64,000 bases of DNA from Candidatus Altimarinota bacterium (GTDB lineage Bacteria > Patescibacteriota > Gracilibacteria > JBDHUY01). Where the stretch lies: contig JBDHUY010000003.1 in the NCBI GenBank assembly GCA_039809385.1, positions 116,050-180,049 on the forward strand, read 5' to 3'. The notes beneath the pieces were generated by a model, which worked only from the letters and a program-made list of their open reading frames with translations, did not search any database and was not told where the DNA came from. A program made the position numbers and the translations under genes. This document shows positions 50,414 to 60,088 of the stretch, in pieces (within the stretch, counting starts at the first letter, position 1; each line of letters begins with the position of its first letter).

Positions 50414-52561
50414 ATGACACGCGACACCTCTTCCGCTCCTACCCTACTTCCTCGAACTTTTTTCGAACAACGTATAAGGGAAGGAACTAAGATCTTGGAG
50501 AAAAATCATATATCCGCCGAAATAGTTGAGCAGATGCTGCGGGAATTTCGAGAATATATTACGACACTCTTTCAGCAAGAAGAAGAGCGCTTATTTACGG
50601 AAACCGAGATTGCTCACATCTGTTCGAAACTGGATGACCTGCTGGGAGATATAAAAGTACTTAATGTGCATAGAGGAGTCACCAAACTGTACATCCAGAC
50701 CCATGGGCTGCATCCAAATACGCTTCTTGCCGATATACGCCTTGAAGCCGAAGCAGATCCCGAGCAGTCGGCCGAATTTATCCGCGAAACTGCGGATAAA
50801 AAGACGCTATTTACTCCCTACCAGCTCATGGGGAAATATACCACGATACCCCTGAAGTTTTCGCAAGGAATGGGGTATTTTCGCAAATCGGTCCATGTAA
50901 GTAGCTTTCTTTATACTCTCTTTCAGCTTTTTTCTGACCGTCTCAATGAAGAGGAGCGCAACTTTTTGCAGCACAACATTACTAGTAAAAACAGAATCAC
51001 CCATCCTCTGCTTGCGCAGAAGTTGTTGACCGGTATTTTTAGAAATAATCCCGAAGTCGTGGTGGAAGACTTTCCGGCCTTTGTTCTGCGAATTTTGCAG
51101 GAAAATCAAGCGGCGCTGAAAGGATTTATTGCGGTACAAAAAGGAGAAGAAGGCCAAAAAGACCGGTATTCTCTCAATCCTTTTTGTGTTCCCAGCTATC
51201 AGAACGCCGGTATTGAAGTAAAGGTTCCCAATAGCGGTCCGTACCCGCATGTTTCGATCGAAAGTTTTTTCTTTACTCTCTACAACTATGCGGCGCATCT
51301 TCTTACCAGCGAGGAGATCGATCAGATAAAGAGTTACCAGAAGAGCCTGGAAAAGAAAAACCACTGTACCGTTTATAATCACGACGCGATAACCGTTTTG
51401 CTCAAGGCTATCTTTCGCGATAGGCCCGAGGTGCTCATCCTGGACAAACCGGTAGGGTTTCGATCCATGATCTTTTCACAGCGCGCAGATACGGAAACTC
51501 CCAAACTCAGAGAATCAGTCTCCGGGGGGGCTGATAAACTTGTGCGTAAAAAACAGCGTTTCAGTCCCGAACAAATCGAAGTCTTGCTGAGTATTTTGAA
51601 ACAAGAAGAAGAGAGTATCGAAGCCGGGACAGATTTTGATCTGGATGCCGCCTTGGGGAAGGTGGATTATTTTGGCCGTTCTCCCGATGCAGTGAAACGG
51701 AAGTATGAAGATTTCCGCAAACAGTATGGAATTGGTATTGAGAGTCCGGAAGCCAGGGCAATATTGTTGGAACTGGCCCAAAGCATGTTGTATCCGGATA
51801 AAAACTCACGACCGAAGCGCGAAGAGATCGAGGCTCAACTTCAAGCTCTTTCAGAACAAAATAACGTTTCTTTCACATCCGTACGCAACAGGTTTCTGTG
51901 GCAGTATTGGCGGTTAAAGGGAACCACTCCGGTACTTCCCTCTTCCCTTGAGCGGCATAATATCCGGACGCTTCCGGAGTATCTGACCGCGCCCCATCAT
52001 CCGTTTATGCACTTTCAGCGCAATTTGAGTCCCGAGATGGTGGAAAGCGAGCAATTCCCGATGCTCAATGCAACCGCCTTTGCCGGTACCGACGGCAGTA
52101 TCCATATGCTTCTGCCTTTATCCTATAGCCGCAATGGTAATTACCCCCCTGCACAACAGGCCTATATCGATCTGGCGTGGCAGATATTGCGTCACTGGTT
52201 TATGAAAAGCGATACTGGTGCCAAAACGGCATCCGAGAGCGGCGTCCCGACACCTTTGTCTTTTTCGAATCTTTCCCAGGAAGAAGCCCATCCCTATACC
52301 GAAGGAATGAACGGCGTCTATGATCCCGCGAGCGGCAAGTACCTGGTCATGGCGTGGATTCAACCCACGATCGCGATTCCCGAATTTGTAACCGATCATG
52401 TTGCCTCGATTCGAAAGCTTTCACCGTTTGTCACGAATACCGATACCGGCAAATCTCTGTTTGTTACGCTCGAACCGCATCCCGTTCCCGCGGATCAAGC
52501 CGATAAGCCGTATAGGAAGAATGCTAAAAGAGCTAAAAAGATTGCGGGCACGATAGGGTAA
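50414..52561 (+). CDS. Hypothetical 715-aa protein with internal duplication and possible Myb/homeodomain-like HTH modules
   Basis: Long clean ORF; repeated HVS..F..TL......L..EE...LL..IFR..PEV...D unit. Confidence 0.7.
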   Translation: MTRDTSSAPTLLPRTFFEQRIREGTKILEKNHISAEIVEQMLREFREYITTLFQQEEERLFTETEIAHICSKLDDLLGDIKVLNVHRGVTKLYIQTHGLHPNTLLADIRLEAEADPEQSAEFIRETADKKTLFTPYQLMGKYTTIPLKFSQGMGYFRKSVHVSSFLYTLFQLFSDRLNEEERNFLQHNITSKNRITHPLLAQKLLTGIFRNNPEVVVEDFPAFVLRILQENQAALKGFIAVQKGEEGQKDRYSLNPFCVPSYQNAGIEVKVPNSGPYPHVSIESFFFTLYNYAAHLLTSEEIDQIKSYQKSLEKKNHCTVYNHDAITVLLKAIFRDRPEVLILDKPVGFRSMIFSQRADTETPKLRESVSGGADKLVRKKQRFSPEQIEVLLSILKQEEESIEAGTDFDLDAALGKVDYFGRSPDAVKRKYEDFRKQYGIGIESPEARAILLELAQSMLYPDKNSRPKREEIEAQLQALSEQNNVSFTSVRNRFLWQYWRLKGTTPVLPSSLERHNIRTLPEYLTAPHHPFMHFQRNLSPEMVESEQFPMLNATAFAGTDGSIHMLLPLSYSRNGNYPPAQQAYIDLAWQILRHWFMKSDTGAKTASESGVPTPLSFSNLSQEEAHPYTEGMNGVYDPASGKYLVMAWIQPTIAIPEFVTDHVASIRKLSPFVTNTDTGKSLFVTLEPHPVPADQADKPYRKNAKRAKKIAGTIG

Positions 52562-52676
52562 GTCTTGTTCGGAAAATCAGCTTCTTCTTTATCTAAAAAG
52601 CCGCAGGAGATTATTCCCCTCCGGCTTTTTGGGCTTGTTGTGTATGCGTACATATGTTTTTTGCACATGAAACTAC

Positions 52677-52692
52677 TTGCAAATATTTGCAA
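52677..52692. promoter_or_regulatory. Perfect 16-bp palindrome, candidate operator
   Basis: ttgcaaatatttgcaa, 50 bp upstream of the deacetylase. Confidence 0.45.
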
Positions 52693-52742
52693 TATTGTAT
52701 ATAAGATTACCCTATATTATATGTTGATCATATTCGACTCAA

Positions 52743-53525
52743 ATGTTTAAAATCATCTCTACAGAACAAAAAGAAATCAATATTGGTTTTGTCGAGGCCC
52801 ATCCAGACGATGGACGGATTGCTGGATACACTATATTGGCTGAAATCTATTTAGAACTACTAAAATTAATTACTCATGGGATACGTATTAAGATTAGCAC
52901 TATTATCTTCCCCCTCACCCTTGGTCAAATGGGGGCTGGAACTCCGGATGTCAGAAGAAAGGAATCTGAGAATGCAGCCAGAGTACTTCATGCTAAGTCG
53001 GTACCACTCGATTTTTTTGATACGCAGATCGAGGTAGATAATAATAGTATTTTGAAAGTAGCAAAATTCATTCGGCAAAACATGTTTCACATCCTTTTTG
53101 CGCCCTATCCAACAAGAGGGGAGATGTGCCTGTATGGCAATAACGCCCACCCGGATCACTTTAATACCGGTGAGTTAGTAACTCGCGCAGTCCTATACTC
53201 GAATATAAAAAAGATAGACGAATACACAGTTCCTCATAAGGTTTCTCAATTGTACTATTATGATCCGCCTTTGGGGGTTGTTCCTAATATTATGGTACCG
53301 ATATCGAATCAGGCAATGGATCTAGCTTTAGAAGCCGCGGCCCAATATGAATCTCAAAACTCGTATAAAGGTCCCATGACTTTTGAGGAATTTCTCAAGA
53401 CCAGGAGGACCATGTATCACTCCAAGATGGGGGTTAGCTTACCCTCAGGCTATCAGTATGCCGAGCCGTTAGTAAGTGCCTCGCCAATGCTTATGTCCCC
53501 CTCAATGCTGCTGGGAATGTTTTAA
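52743..53525 (+). CDS. PIG-L/BshB1-like N-acetylglucosaminyl deacetylase
   Basis: AHPDD, R..E...AA..L, HPDH, YESQ, YAEP. Confidence 0.82.
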   Translation: MFKIISTEQKEINIGFVEAHPDDGRIAGYTILAEIYLELLKLITHGIRIKISTIIFPLTLGQMGAGTPDVRRKESENAARVLHAKSVPLDFFDTQIEVDNNSILKVAKFIRQNMFHILFAPYPTRGEMCLYGNNAHPDHFNTGELVTRAVLYSNIKKIDEYTVPHKVSQLYYYDPPLGVVPNIMVPISNQAMDLALEAAAQYESQNSYKGPMTFEEFLKTRRTMYHSKMGVSLPSGYQYAEPLVSASPMLMSPSMLLGMF

Positions 53526-53579
53526 TACCCATGATAGATAGCTGCGGGCTATCTATTTGTAACTTCACTGATCCCTAAT

Positions 53580-53993
53580 TTATATCCGGATAGGTATTGT
53601 CTCATTCTCACCTTCGCGGTGAGTATGATGTTCATCACCATGATCATGTGTGTGCGTGCTTCCATCCGGCTTATAATGCAGAACAAGCATCTGATCTGTG
53701 GCACTTAGTTTGTGCTGAATGCCGGCGGGGAGCATGAGACCGTCTCCGGGGTGCATAATATGCTCGGTAATCACACCTTCGATATCTTTTGTATACATGA
53801 TCAAAACTCCCTGAAAAACAATAAACATTTCATCATGACTATGATCATGAAAATCTCCGTCGCCATGCACTGAAGCAATTTCCAATATGCCTCCGCTCAG
53901 TGCTGCAATCTGCCGGGCTACCCAGGTTTCGGTTTGCGGCATGCCGGGGTTCACTACATCGACGATATTAAAGGTGAGCGGTGAAGAGTTCAT
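53580..53993 (-). CDS. Cupin domain protein with His-rich tail
   Basis: HDHSHDEMFIVFQG, PGD...LPAGIQH; C-terminal HTHDHGDEHHTH. Confidence 0.82.
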   Translation of the reverse strand: MNSSPLTFNIVDVVNPGMPQTETWVARQIAALSGGILEIASVHGDGDFHDHSHDEMFIVFQGVLIMYTKDIEGVITEHIMHPGDGLMLPAGIQHKLSATDQMLVLHYKPDGSTHTHDHGDEHHTHREGENETIPIRI

Positions 53994-54116
53994 AAAAAAT
54001 AAGAAGTATATAAAGTGTCGCAATTCTACCAACCGAACTGGGTAACTTCAATGTGTAATCGAAATTTTAACCTGCCTGAATCTCTCTAGTATTTCTGTAT
54101 TTCGTATATCTTCTCT

Positions 54117-54749
54117 ATGACTACTTTCTTGACCATACCTCCTACGGAGGATCTGCCGGAACTCCCCGATGATCAGCATAAAATTGATTCCCAATGCGAT
54201 CTGCGGGAAGCTTTATTCAGTGTTCCGCACGAGCGAAACTGTCCGTCCGAGATTCTCGACTCGATGCGTCTCTTGGGCCTAGAGTATTACGGTTTTGACC
54301 ACCAAATGCACCGCGGACAAATCGTCATGCACCATGCTCTTGAGGAGGAAATCCAGTCTCTGTTTGAATTCATGCGCTCCTTGCGTTTTCCGGTCGAAAA
54401 GGTCGTTCCGGTGGCGCGCTACGCCTGGCTGGACGATCCGTCCATGGCGGATAATAACAGTTCCGGATTTAATTACCGCACGATCAGCGGGACTGACCGG
54501 CTCTCGGTCCATTCGTTCGGTGCGGCGATCGATATCAATCCGCGGCTCAATCCCTGGATGCGCCGGCGGGAACAGGGAATGTTGATCGATCCGCCCGGTG
54601 CGACGTATAACCCTGAAGTACCGGGAACATTTTTCGAACAGCACCCGGTTGTGCTATTTCTGCAGGCCCGCGGGTGGACCTGGTGCGGGGAGTGGACCGA
54701 CAAAGACTATCATCATTTCGAAAAGCCGCATGGTATCGTTCCTTCCTAA
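54117..54749 (+). CDS. M15 family Zn peptidase
   Basis: NNSSGFNYR, SVHSFGAAIDINP, DYHHFE. Confidence 0.88.
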   Translation: MTTFLTIPPTEDLPELPDDQHKIDSQCDLREALFSVPHERNCPSEILDSMRLLGLEYYGFDHQMHRGQIVMHHALEEEIQSLFEFMRSLRFPVEKVVPVARYAWLDDPSMADNNSSGFNYRTISGTDRLSVHSFGAAIDINPRLNPWMRRREQGMLIDPPGATYNPEVPGTFFEQHPVVLFLQARGWTWCGEWTDKDYHHFEKPHGIVPS

Positions 54750-55219
54750 GACGCGCTATCGGACAAAGCTGTCTGAGTCTGTATCTCAAACGATACTATA
54801 GCGTCGATCGCCAGATCTTGGCTCGTTCGAGCTTTCTGAGCAAGTTCGTTCCGCGGTACCAGACAGTAATTATTTAAGAAATCAGTTCGAATCACGCAGA
54901 CGAGTTTTAGCTTATTTCGTGTGGTTATCTCTACCTGGGTGATCTCTTTTTCCGCTGCGCTTTCGTTTTTGTGGATGGCTATTCCCTCCGGGATGTTGCG
55001 CTGAATGCTGTCTACCAGACAGAGATAGGGTGGTCTTTCTTGGGGCAGAAAGACCAGAATGCTCCGGATCGCATCGTTGGTTTGCTCGAGGTAGGGGAGA
55101 ATAAGTTCTTGCATGACCCGCTGCGCTGCCAGGAAACAGGGGCCGGGCTGGGTGTTATGACGTTCTTGTATCTCGGTGGGCACAGGAACGGCGGTTGCTT
55201 GCTCGACGGGATTGGGCAT
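54746..55219 (-). CDS. Hypothetical protein
   Basis: 157-aa ORF convergent on the M15 gene with overlapping stops. Confidence 0.55.
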   Translation of the reverse strand: MPNPVEQATAVPVPTEIQERHNTQPGPCFLAAQRVMQELILPYLEQTNDAIRSILVFLPQERPPYLCLVDSIQRNIPEGIAIHKNESAAEKEITQVEITTRNKLKLVCVIRTDFLNNYCLVPRNELAQKARTSQDLAIDAIVSFEIQTQTALSDSAS

Positions 55220-55782
55220 GGTGTTGTGTAAAGCTGGTTTGACAAGATTCTATGTATTCTCTGAAAAGAGTCAATATTTTTATTTGCAAATAATTGCAGT
55301 TAGGAGTATAAGAAATGTCTGCATCGTATGTTAAGTATCTTTTACTCTTCGAAAGAGTGAAATCATACCTCCGGTGCAGTCGGTCTTTGACAATCGGAAA
55401 TTCACGATGCGGCAGGATGCGCATCATGGCAGGACGGCGGGATTATGCGACCATGATCTTGCCCTCCTGCTCTGATGTTTTCTTACAGTGGCGGGAAAAA
55501 ATCTTTGTGGAAAGGAAATTATATACATGCTGCCTTACGAAGCCGATCCAAATATTGCTGAACTTCAGCCCATATCCTTATCCGACAGTATTTTCTCTCT
55601 CTTTGTTGAGATACTTCTAGTCTTAGTATGTATCAGTTTGTATCTTCCTTCGTTCTCCTATCCTTCATCTTCTTCTGAAAAAGACCGCTATTACGATTTC
55701 TAATCCCCCGCATTATTTGATTTTCCTCTGTCTGTGTTTCTCCGGCTCCCGTTCTCGGGATGCTGTGAGAAATATCACTTTT

Positions 55783-55825
55783 GAAGCCTGTTCGGGAAGT
55801 ATACTCTTTCCGGGCAGGCTTCTTT
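55783..55825 (+). terminator. GC-rich hairpin / putative terminator
   Basis: gaagcctgttcggg...tccgggcaggcttc followed by a T-rich stretch. Confidence 0.4.
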
Positions 55826-55873
55826 CCTCCTTACCTACAACAAATAGAAAAGATCTATGAGCGTAAAATAACC

Positions 55874-55902
55874 TTGACCAAAAACTGATAGGCTCCTATA
55901 AT
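55874..55902 (+). promoter_or_regulatory. Sigma70 promoter
   Basis: TTGACC-N17-TATAAT. Confidence 0.65.
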
Positions 55903-55936
55903 CCGCCACCAATTTATTTTTTACCTATTTTCCTCT

Positions 55937-56290
55937 ATGTCTTCCGAAATTGATAGACTTCCTGCTGTTTCTCATCGGGAACCGGCTCCCAATCTTGTTA
56001 ATAAGCCTGATGATGCTTTTACATTGCCTCCTTTTGGCCTTACCCTTAATCCCTTTACCCTGCTGGAGCGACGCTCGGAATTAGTAAAGGTAATAAAAGA
56101 ATTAGAGGGTCATATGATCGGCAAGGGAGTCAACCCTGATGATCCAAACACGCAGGGAGCGATCCGATACGTTATCGAAAAACTTCAGCCGCTGAGCTTC
56201 GAACAGGCTAAAATCGACGCCGTACTGGTAGCTGAATTATGCGCTACTGTTCTTGCTCTTATGACCCTGCTCTCCCATATCAGCAAGTAG
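55937..56290 (+). CDS. Hypothetical protein
   Basis: 117-aa ORF between a clear promoter and terminator. Confidence 0.65.
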   Translation: MSSEIDRLPAVSHREPAPNLVNKPDDAFTLPPFGLTLNPFTLLERRSELVKVIKELEGHMIGKGVNPDDPNTQGAIRYVIEKLQPLSFEQAKIDAVLVAELCATVLALMTLLSHISK

Positions 56291-56312
56291 CATTTTGATT
56301 TTTGTCGATTAT

Positions 56313-56343
56313 ATAAAAGAGACCCTTCCCCGGTCTCTTTTAT
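56313..56343. terminator. Bidirectional intrinsic terminator
   Basis: ataaaagagacc-loop-ggtctcttttat. Confidence 0.7.
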
Positions 56344-56436
56344 TGTGTAAAATCAATAGTAACTACAAGTACTTGCATTTATTGTAAAACAAAATATACT
56401 TTTCTTGAACCTATTTTATTTTTTTTCGCAGGTCCT

Positions 56437-57174
56437 ATGCACAAGACCCACAAAGTATCCCGACTCCTGCTGGCGGGACTCACCGTCGTGTCTCTCAGTG
56501 CCGGCACAACCTATGCCGTCATGAGTTTCAAAGACGCCGACATGTCATCTTACTACGGCAAATACCTTCAATGGGCTGCCGATAACGGTATCGTCACCGG
56601 CTACTCCGACGGTACTTTCCGCCCCGGCAACAACGTTACCCGCGCCGAACTGGTCACGATTCTTGGCCGCTATCATGAAATGATGATGAAGGGCGGCATG
56701 ATGATGGATATGGACAACCCCACCGTCGGGGGAGCTGCCATGATGAACACCAAAGATATCATCGATAATGCGGTCAACTCTCCCATTCACAAAACGCTGG
56801 TCGCCGCGGTCAAAGCTGCCGGTCTGGTCGAAACCCTGAAAGGAGAAGGTCCTTTCACCGTATTTGCTCCTACCGACGATGCCTTTGGCAAACTGCCCAG
56901 CGGTACGGTCGATACGCTGCTGAAACCCGAAAATAAAAGCATGCTGGTCAAGGTTCTGACCTACCATGTCATTGCCGGAAAACTCAAAGCTTCGGATCTG
57001 ACCGACGGGAAAGTGCTGACCACCGTCGCAGGCGGAAAGCTCACCGTGATGCGCAGCGGAGACAAGATTATGCTCAAAGACGAAATGGGCGGTATGTCGA
57101 TGATCACCATTTCGAACGTGTTCCAGAGTAACGGAGTGATCCATGTAGTGGATACCGTCCTGATGCCCAAATAA
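56437..57174 (+). CDS. SLH + fasciclin (FAS1) domain protein
   Basis: Signal peptide; SLH GYSDGTFRP..NVTRAE; FAS1 TLVAAVKAAGLVETL.G.GPFTVFAPTD, NGVIHVVD.VL. Confidence 0.92.
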   Translation: MHKTHKVSRLLLAGLTVVSLSAGTTYAVMSFKDADMSSYYGKYLQWAADNGIVTGYSDGTFRPGNNVTRAELVTILGRYHEMMMKGGMMMDMDNPTVGGAAMMNTKDIIDNAVNSPIHKTLVAAVKAAGLVETLKGEGPFTVFAPTDDAFGKLPSGTVDTLLKPENKSMLVKVLTYHVIAGKLKASDLTDGKVLTTVAGGKLTVMRSGDKIMLKDEMGGMSMITISNVFQSNGVIHVVDTVLMPK

Positions 57175-57206
57175 CTTTGCTTATCGAAGGGGTCGGTAAA
57201 ATAAAC

Positions 57207-57249
57207 AATAAAAAGCCCGCTGACTGGAAACGGTTGCGGGCTTTTTATT
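57207..57249. terminator. Intrinsic terminator
   Basis: aataaaaagcccgc...gcgggctttttatt. Confidence 0.75.
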
Positions 57250-57274
57250 TGGCTGTCTTGCATGTCTACCCCAT

Positions 57275-57321
57275 TTGACATCCTGTTGTTCGAGAACTAT
57301 ACTCGTTGCGATTCTTTGTAA
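57275..57321 (+). promoter_or_regulatory. Sigma70 promoter with adjacent imperfect palindrome
   Basis: TTGACA-N17-TATACT, then ttgcgattctttgtaa. Confidence 0.55.
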
Positions 57322-57379
57322 TTACTAGGGTTTACGAATTCGGATAGTTGCAAAGAGCTTATTTCTTTTCGCTTCTCCT

Positions 57380-57880
57380 ATGCACGACCACGACGCCCAC
57401 AGTCACAGTCACGGCGCGACGCATGTTCACCCTATCCCTGCCGACGACCGGGACGAACGTCTCAGTTCCACCATCCAGCAGTTGCGCAAACAAGGTTTCA
57501 AACAGACCCCGCAGCGCGCGATGGTGCTGAAAGTCTTGATGGAACACCAGGGGCATATCACCGCCGACGAGATTCTGGAGCATATCCGCCACGAAAACGC
57601 GGCCGGGTTTGATTTGTCTACGGTGTATCGCACGCTGCATATGCTGATCGATACCGGGGTGGTGCACGAGATCCGCGACGGCAACACGGTGGCTTACGAG
57701 CTGGCCGAGGAAGAGGCACACCATCATCTGATGTGTAAAAAATGTCACGAAATTCAGGAGATCGATCATACCGCCTTTGAGTCTCTTACCAAAAAACTGC
57801 TGAGCCTGCATAATTTTACCGCCGATATTCGGCACATGGCGATCTGGGGCGTGTGCGGCAAATGCCGCAAAGATAGCTAA
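57380..57880 (+). CDS. Fur family regulator, probably Zur
   Basis: TPQR..VL, STVYRTL, HHHL.C..C, C-terminal CxxC; His-rich N-terminus; upstream of a ZnuA-like gene. Confidence 0.9.
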   Translation: MHDHDAHSHSHGATHVHPIPADDRDERLSSTIQQLRKQGFKQTPQRAMVLKVLMEHQGHITADEILEHIRHENAAGFDLSTVYRTLHMLIDTGVVHEIRDGNTVAYELAEEEAHHHLMCKKCHEIQEIDHTAFESLTKKLLSLHNFTADIRHMAIWGVCGKCRKDS

Positions 57881-57931
57881 CGTAGCCTCTTTCTACTTTT
57901 CCACTTCTTTTACTTTTTTACCTTTCCCGTC

Positions 57932-58936
57932 ATGTCTCGCTTGTTCACTCCTTCTTTGGTTCTCTCCCTTTCCCTGGCCCTGCTGGCCGGCTGTACCGCC
58001 ACGGCCCCGAGTAATCCCGCGTCAAATACCAGTTCGACCGGTTCCACAGCAAAACTCAATGTGGTGACTACGGTCGCTCCTCTTACCAATATTGCCTATA
58101 ACGTGGCCGGTTCCCAAGTTAATCTGACCGGGATTATCGGCGACGGCATCGATTCGCATACGTTCGAACCGGCGCCGTCGGATGCGAAGATCTTGGGTGC
58201 GGCCGATATTATTTTCGTCAACGGCCTGCATTTGGAAGAACCGACGGTCAAACTGGCCGAGGCCAATAAAAAACCGGGTGCCAAAATCGTTTACTTGGGC
58301 GAAAACACGATTACCGAAAAAGAGTGGATCTTCGACTTTTCGTTTCCCAAAGATGGCGGCGATCCCAATCCGCATCTGTGGATGAATCCGCTGTATGCCA
58401 AACGCTATGCCGAGATCATGCGCGACGAACTGAAGCTGCTTGATCCCGCCCATAAAGAGATCTATCAGGAAAACACCGGCAAATTTGTTCAAAAAATCGA
58501 GAAACTGGACCAGGCGATCCAGGCCTCGATCCAGACGATCCCCGAGAAAAATCGTAAACTGCTGACCTATCACGATTCGTTTGCGTATTTTGCGCCCCGT
58601 TACGGTATGAGCGTGATCGGCGCGATCCAGCCTTCGGATTTTAACGAGCCTACGCCGCAGGATGTGGTGCGGGTGATCGAGCAGATTAGGTCCGAGAATC
58701 TGCCGGCGGTATTTGGCTCGGAGGTTTTCCCGAGCAAGATCATCGATCAGATTGCCAAAGAGGCCGGCGTTACGTTTATCGAAACGCTGAGCGACGACGC
58801 GCTGCCGGGACAAAAAGGCGATGCCAATCATACGTATGTGGGGATGATGGTGGATGATGTGCGCACGATGAGTACAGCCTTGGGCGGGAATGCTACGGTG
58901 CTGGATGGGTTTGACGTGACGAATGTGTCGAAGTAG
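57932..58936 (+). CDS. ZnuA/TroA family metal-binding lipoprotein
   Basis: Lipobox LAGC, DSHTFEP.P.D, NPHLWMNP, TYHDSF.YFA. Confidence 0.92.
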   Translation: MSRLFTPSLVLSLSLALLAGCTATAPSNPASNTSSTGSTAKLNVVTTVAPLTNIAYNVAGSQVNLTGIIGDGIDSHTFEPAPSDAKILGAADIIFVNGLHLEEPTVKLAEANKKPGAKIVYLGENTITEKEWIFDFSFPKDGGDPNPHLWMNPLYAKRYAEIMRDELKLLDPAHKEIYQENTGKFVQKIEKLDQAIQASIQTIPEKNRKLLTYHDSFAYFAPRYGMSVIGAIQPSDFNEPTPQDVVRVIEQIRSENLPAVFGSEVFPSKIIDQIAKEAGVTFIETLSDDALPGQKGDANHTYVGMMVDDVRTMSTALGGNATVLDGFDVTNVSK

Positions 58937-59096
58937 TAGCCGGGGCTGTGCTCTCCGCAGCCTGACTGTTGCGCACTGCTTTTTGCCTCTAAGCAGGTTT
59001 TGCCCGTATTGGGGGATCCGTTCAAGTGCAGGAAAACCAGAGAAGTGATGCTATGATCGCCTCACTGAGTGCCTTGAACAAGCTTTACGCATTTAC

Positions 59097-59385
59097 GGAT
59101 CTTGGGCCACCGCCCTTGGCGGGACAAGCAAGCCAGGATGACGGGATTAGGGGACTCTTTCCTAGTTCCCTTTAAAATGTCACTCCGGCCCCGAAGGGGA
59201 GCCTTCGGCTCTTGTCCGCCTGCCCCGCCCTTGGCGTGGGGAGTCCGGGGACGGGAGTTGTATGGAACATGAGACTACTGGCGCTCGATTTGGGGAGTGA
59301 ACGTTCTGCTAGGATTGCTCTTTCTCACTGAAACCTATTCTCTGTGTGCTTGCTAAAACCGGATCCCGGGCGGGGCCGGGATGAC
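59097..59385. repeat. Mosaic of REP-like palindromes
   Basis: ggatcttgggccaccgcccttggcgggacaagcaagccaggatgac, tgtcactccggcccc, cccgcccttggcgtggg, ggatcccgggcggggccgggatgac. Confidence 0.65.
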
Positions 59386-59480
59386 CTAAAAGAGGTAAGA
59401 AATATTTGACAAAATGTTTCCACGTGCTACAATACGTTCCTTTCTTTGATCTTTGACTAACAAAATAAGGAGTCCGGACA

Positions 59481-60030
59481 ATGGTGCACATGGTTACTGC
59501 AAACAGCTAGTGAGTGAACCAGAGGTGTATGCCGGACTCCTTGGGGTGCTCTGTGCGGTTTATTCTGGTCGTTTGCGGGTGATGCAAAGGAGTCAGAACC
59601 TGGTCGCAAGAGCGGTGGTGAAGCAGTTTGACTTATTGGGTGCGCTGCTTCTTCTCCCTACCGTTCTTTGGTAACTGTTGGGAAGAGAAAGATCGTTTGA
59701 TCGGTCAGCTTCTTTTGCGCGGTTACCACGCGGCCACATTTATTTTTGTTTTTTGGTGTCGATTCTTTGTGGGAATCGAACTTTTTGGTAAATGTGTTTT
59801 TGTTTTTGCTTGACCTCACGTCTGCCGTAAGGCAGATAGAGATCGGCTGTTTGGTAGAGGGTAGTAAGTCTGCCACCCGGTATCAAACAGTAGGGAGGAG
59901 TCTGGGTTTCAGTTTCGAGGGATCTGAAACGCAGGCTTCTCGCTCCTGTGACATTGTTTTGTGCGTAAATCTTTCTATAGTAGCATATTTTTTGTCTTTT
60001 TTCAATTGGTCCGGTGTAGAAAACGGATGG
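59481..60030 (+). pseudogene. Possible decayed membrane-protein gene
   Basis: TTGACA-N16-TACAAT promoter (59406) and AAGGAG-ATG, followed by early stops and hydrophobic fragments in different frames. Confidence 0.3.
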
Positions 60031-60088
60031 GTCTTTTGGTATGATGTTTTTGGTCGGAACATTTTTACAATAAAACATATTTTACAAA

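Noticed and set aside
55315-55703. Overlapping short ORFs
   Set aside because: No recognisable motif; may be a decayed gene but cannot be supported
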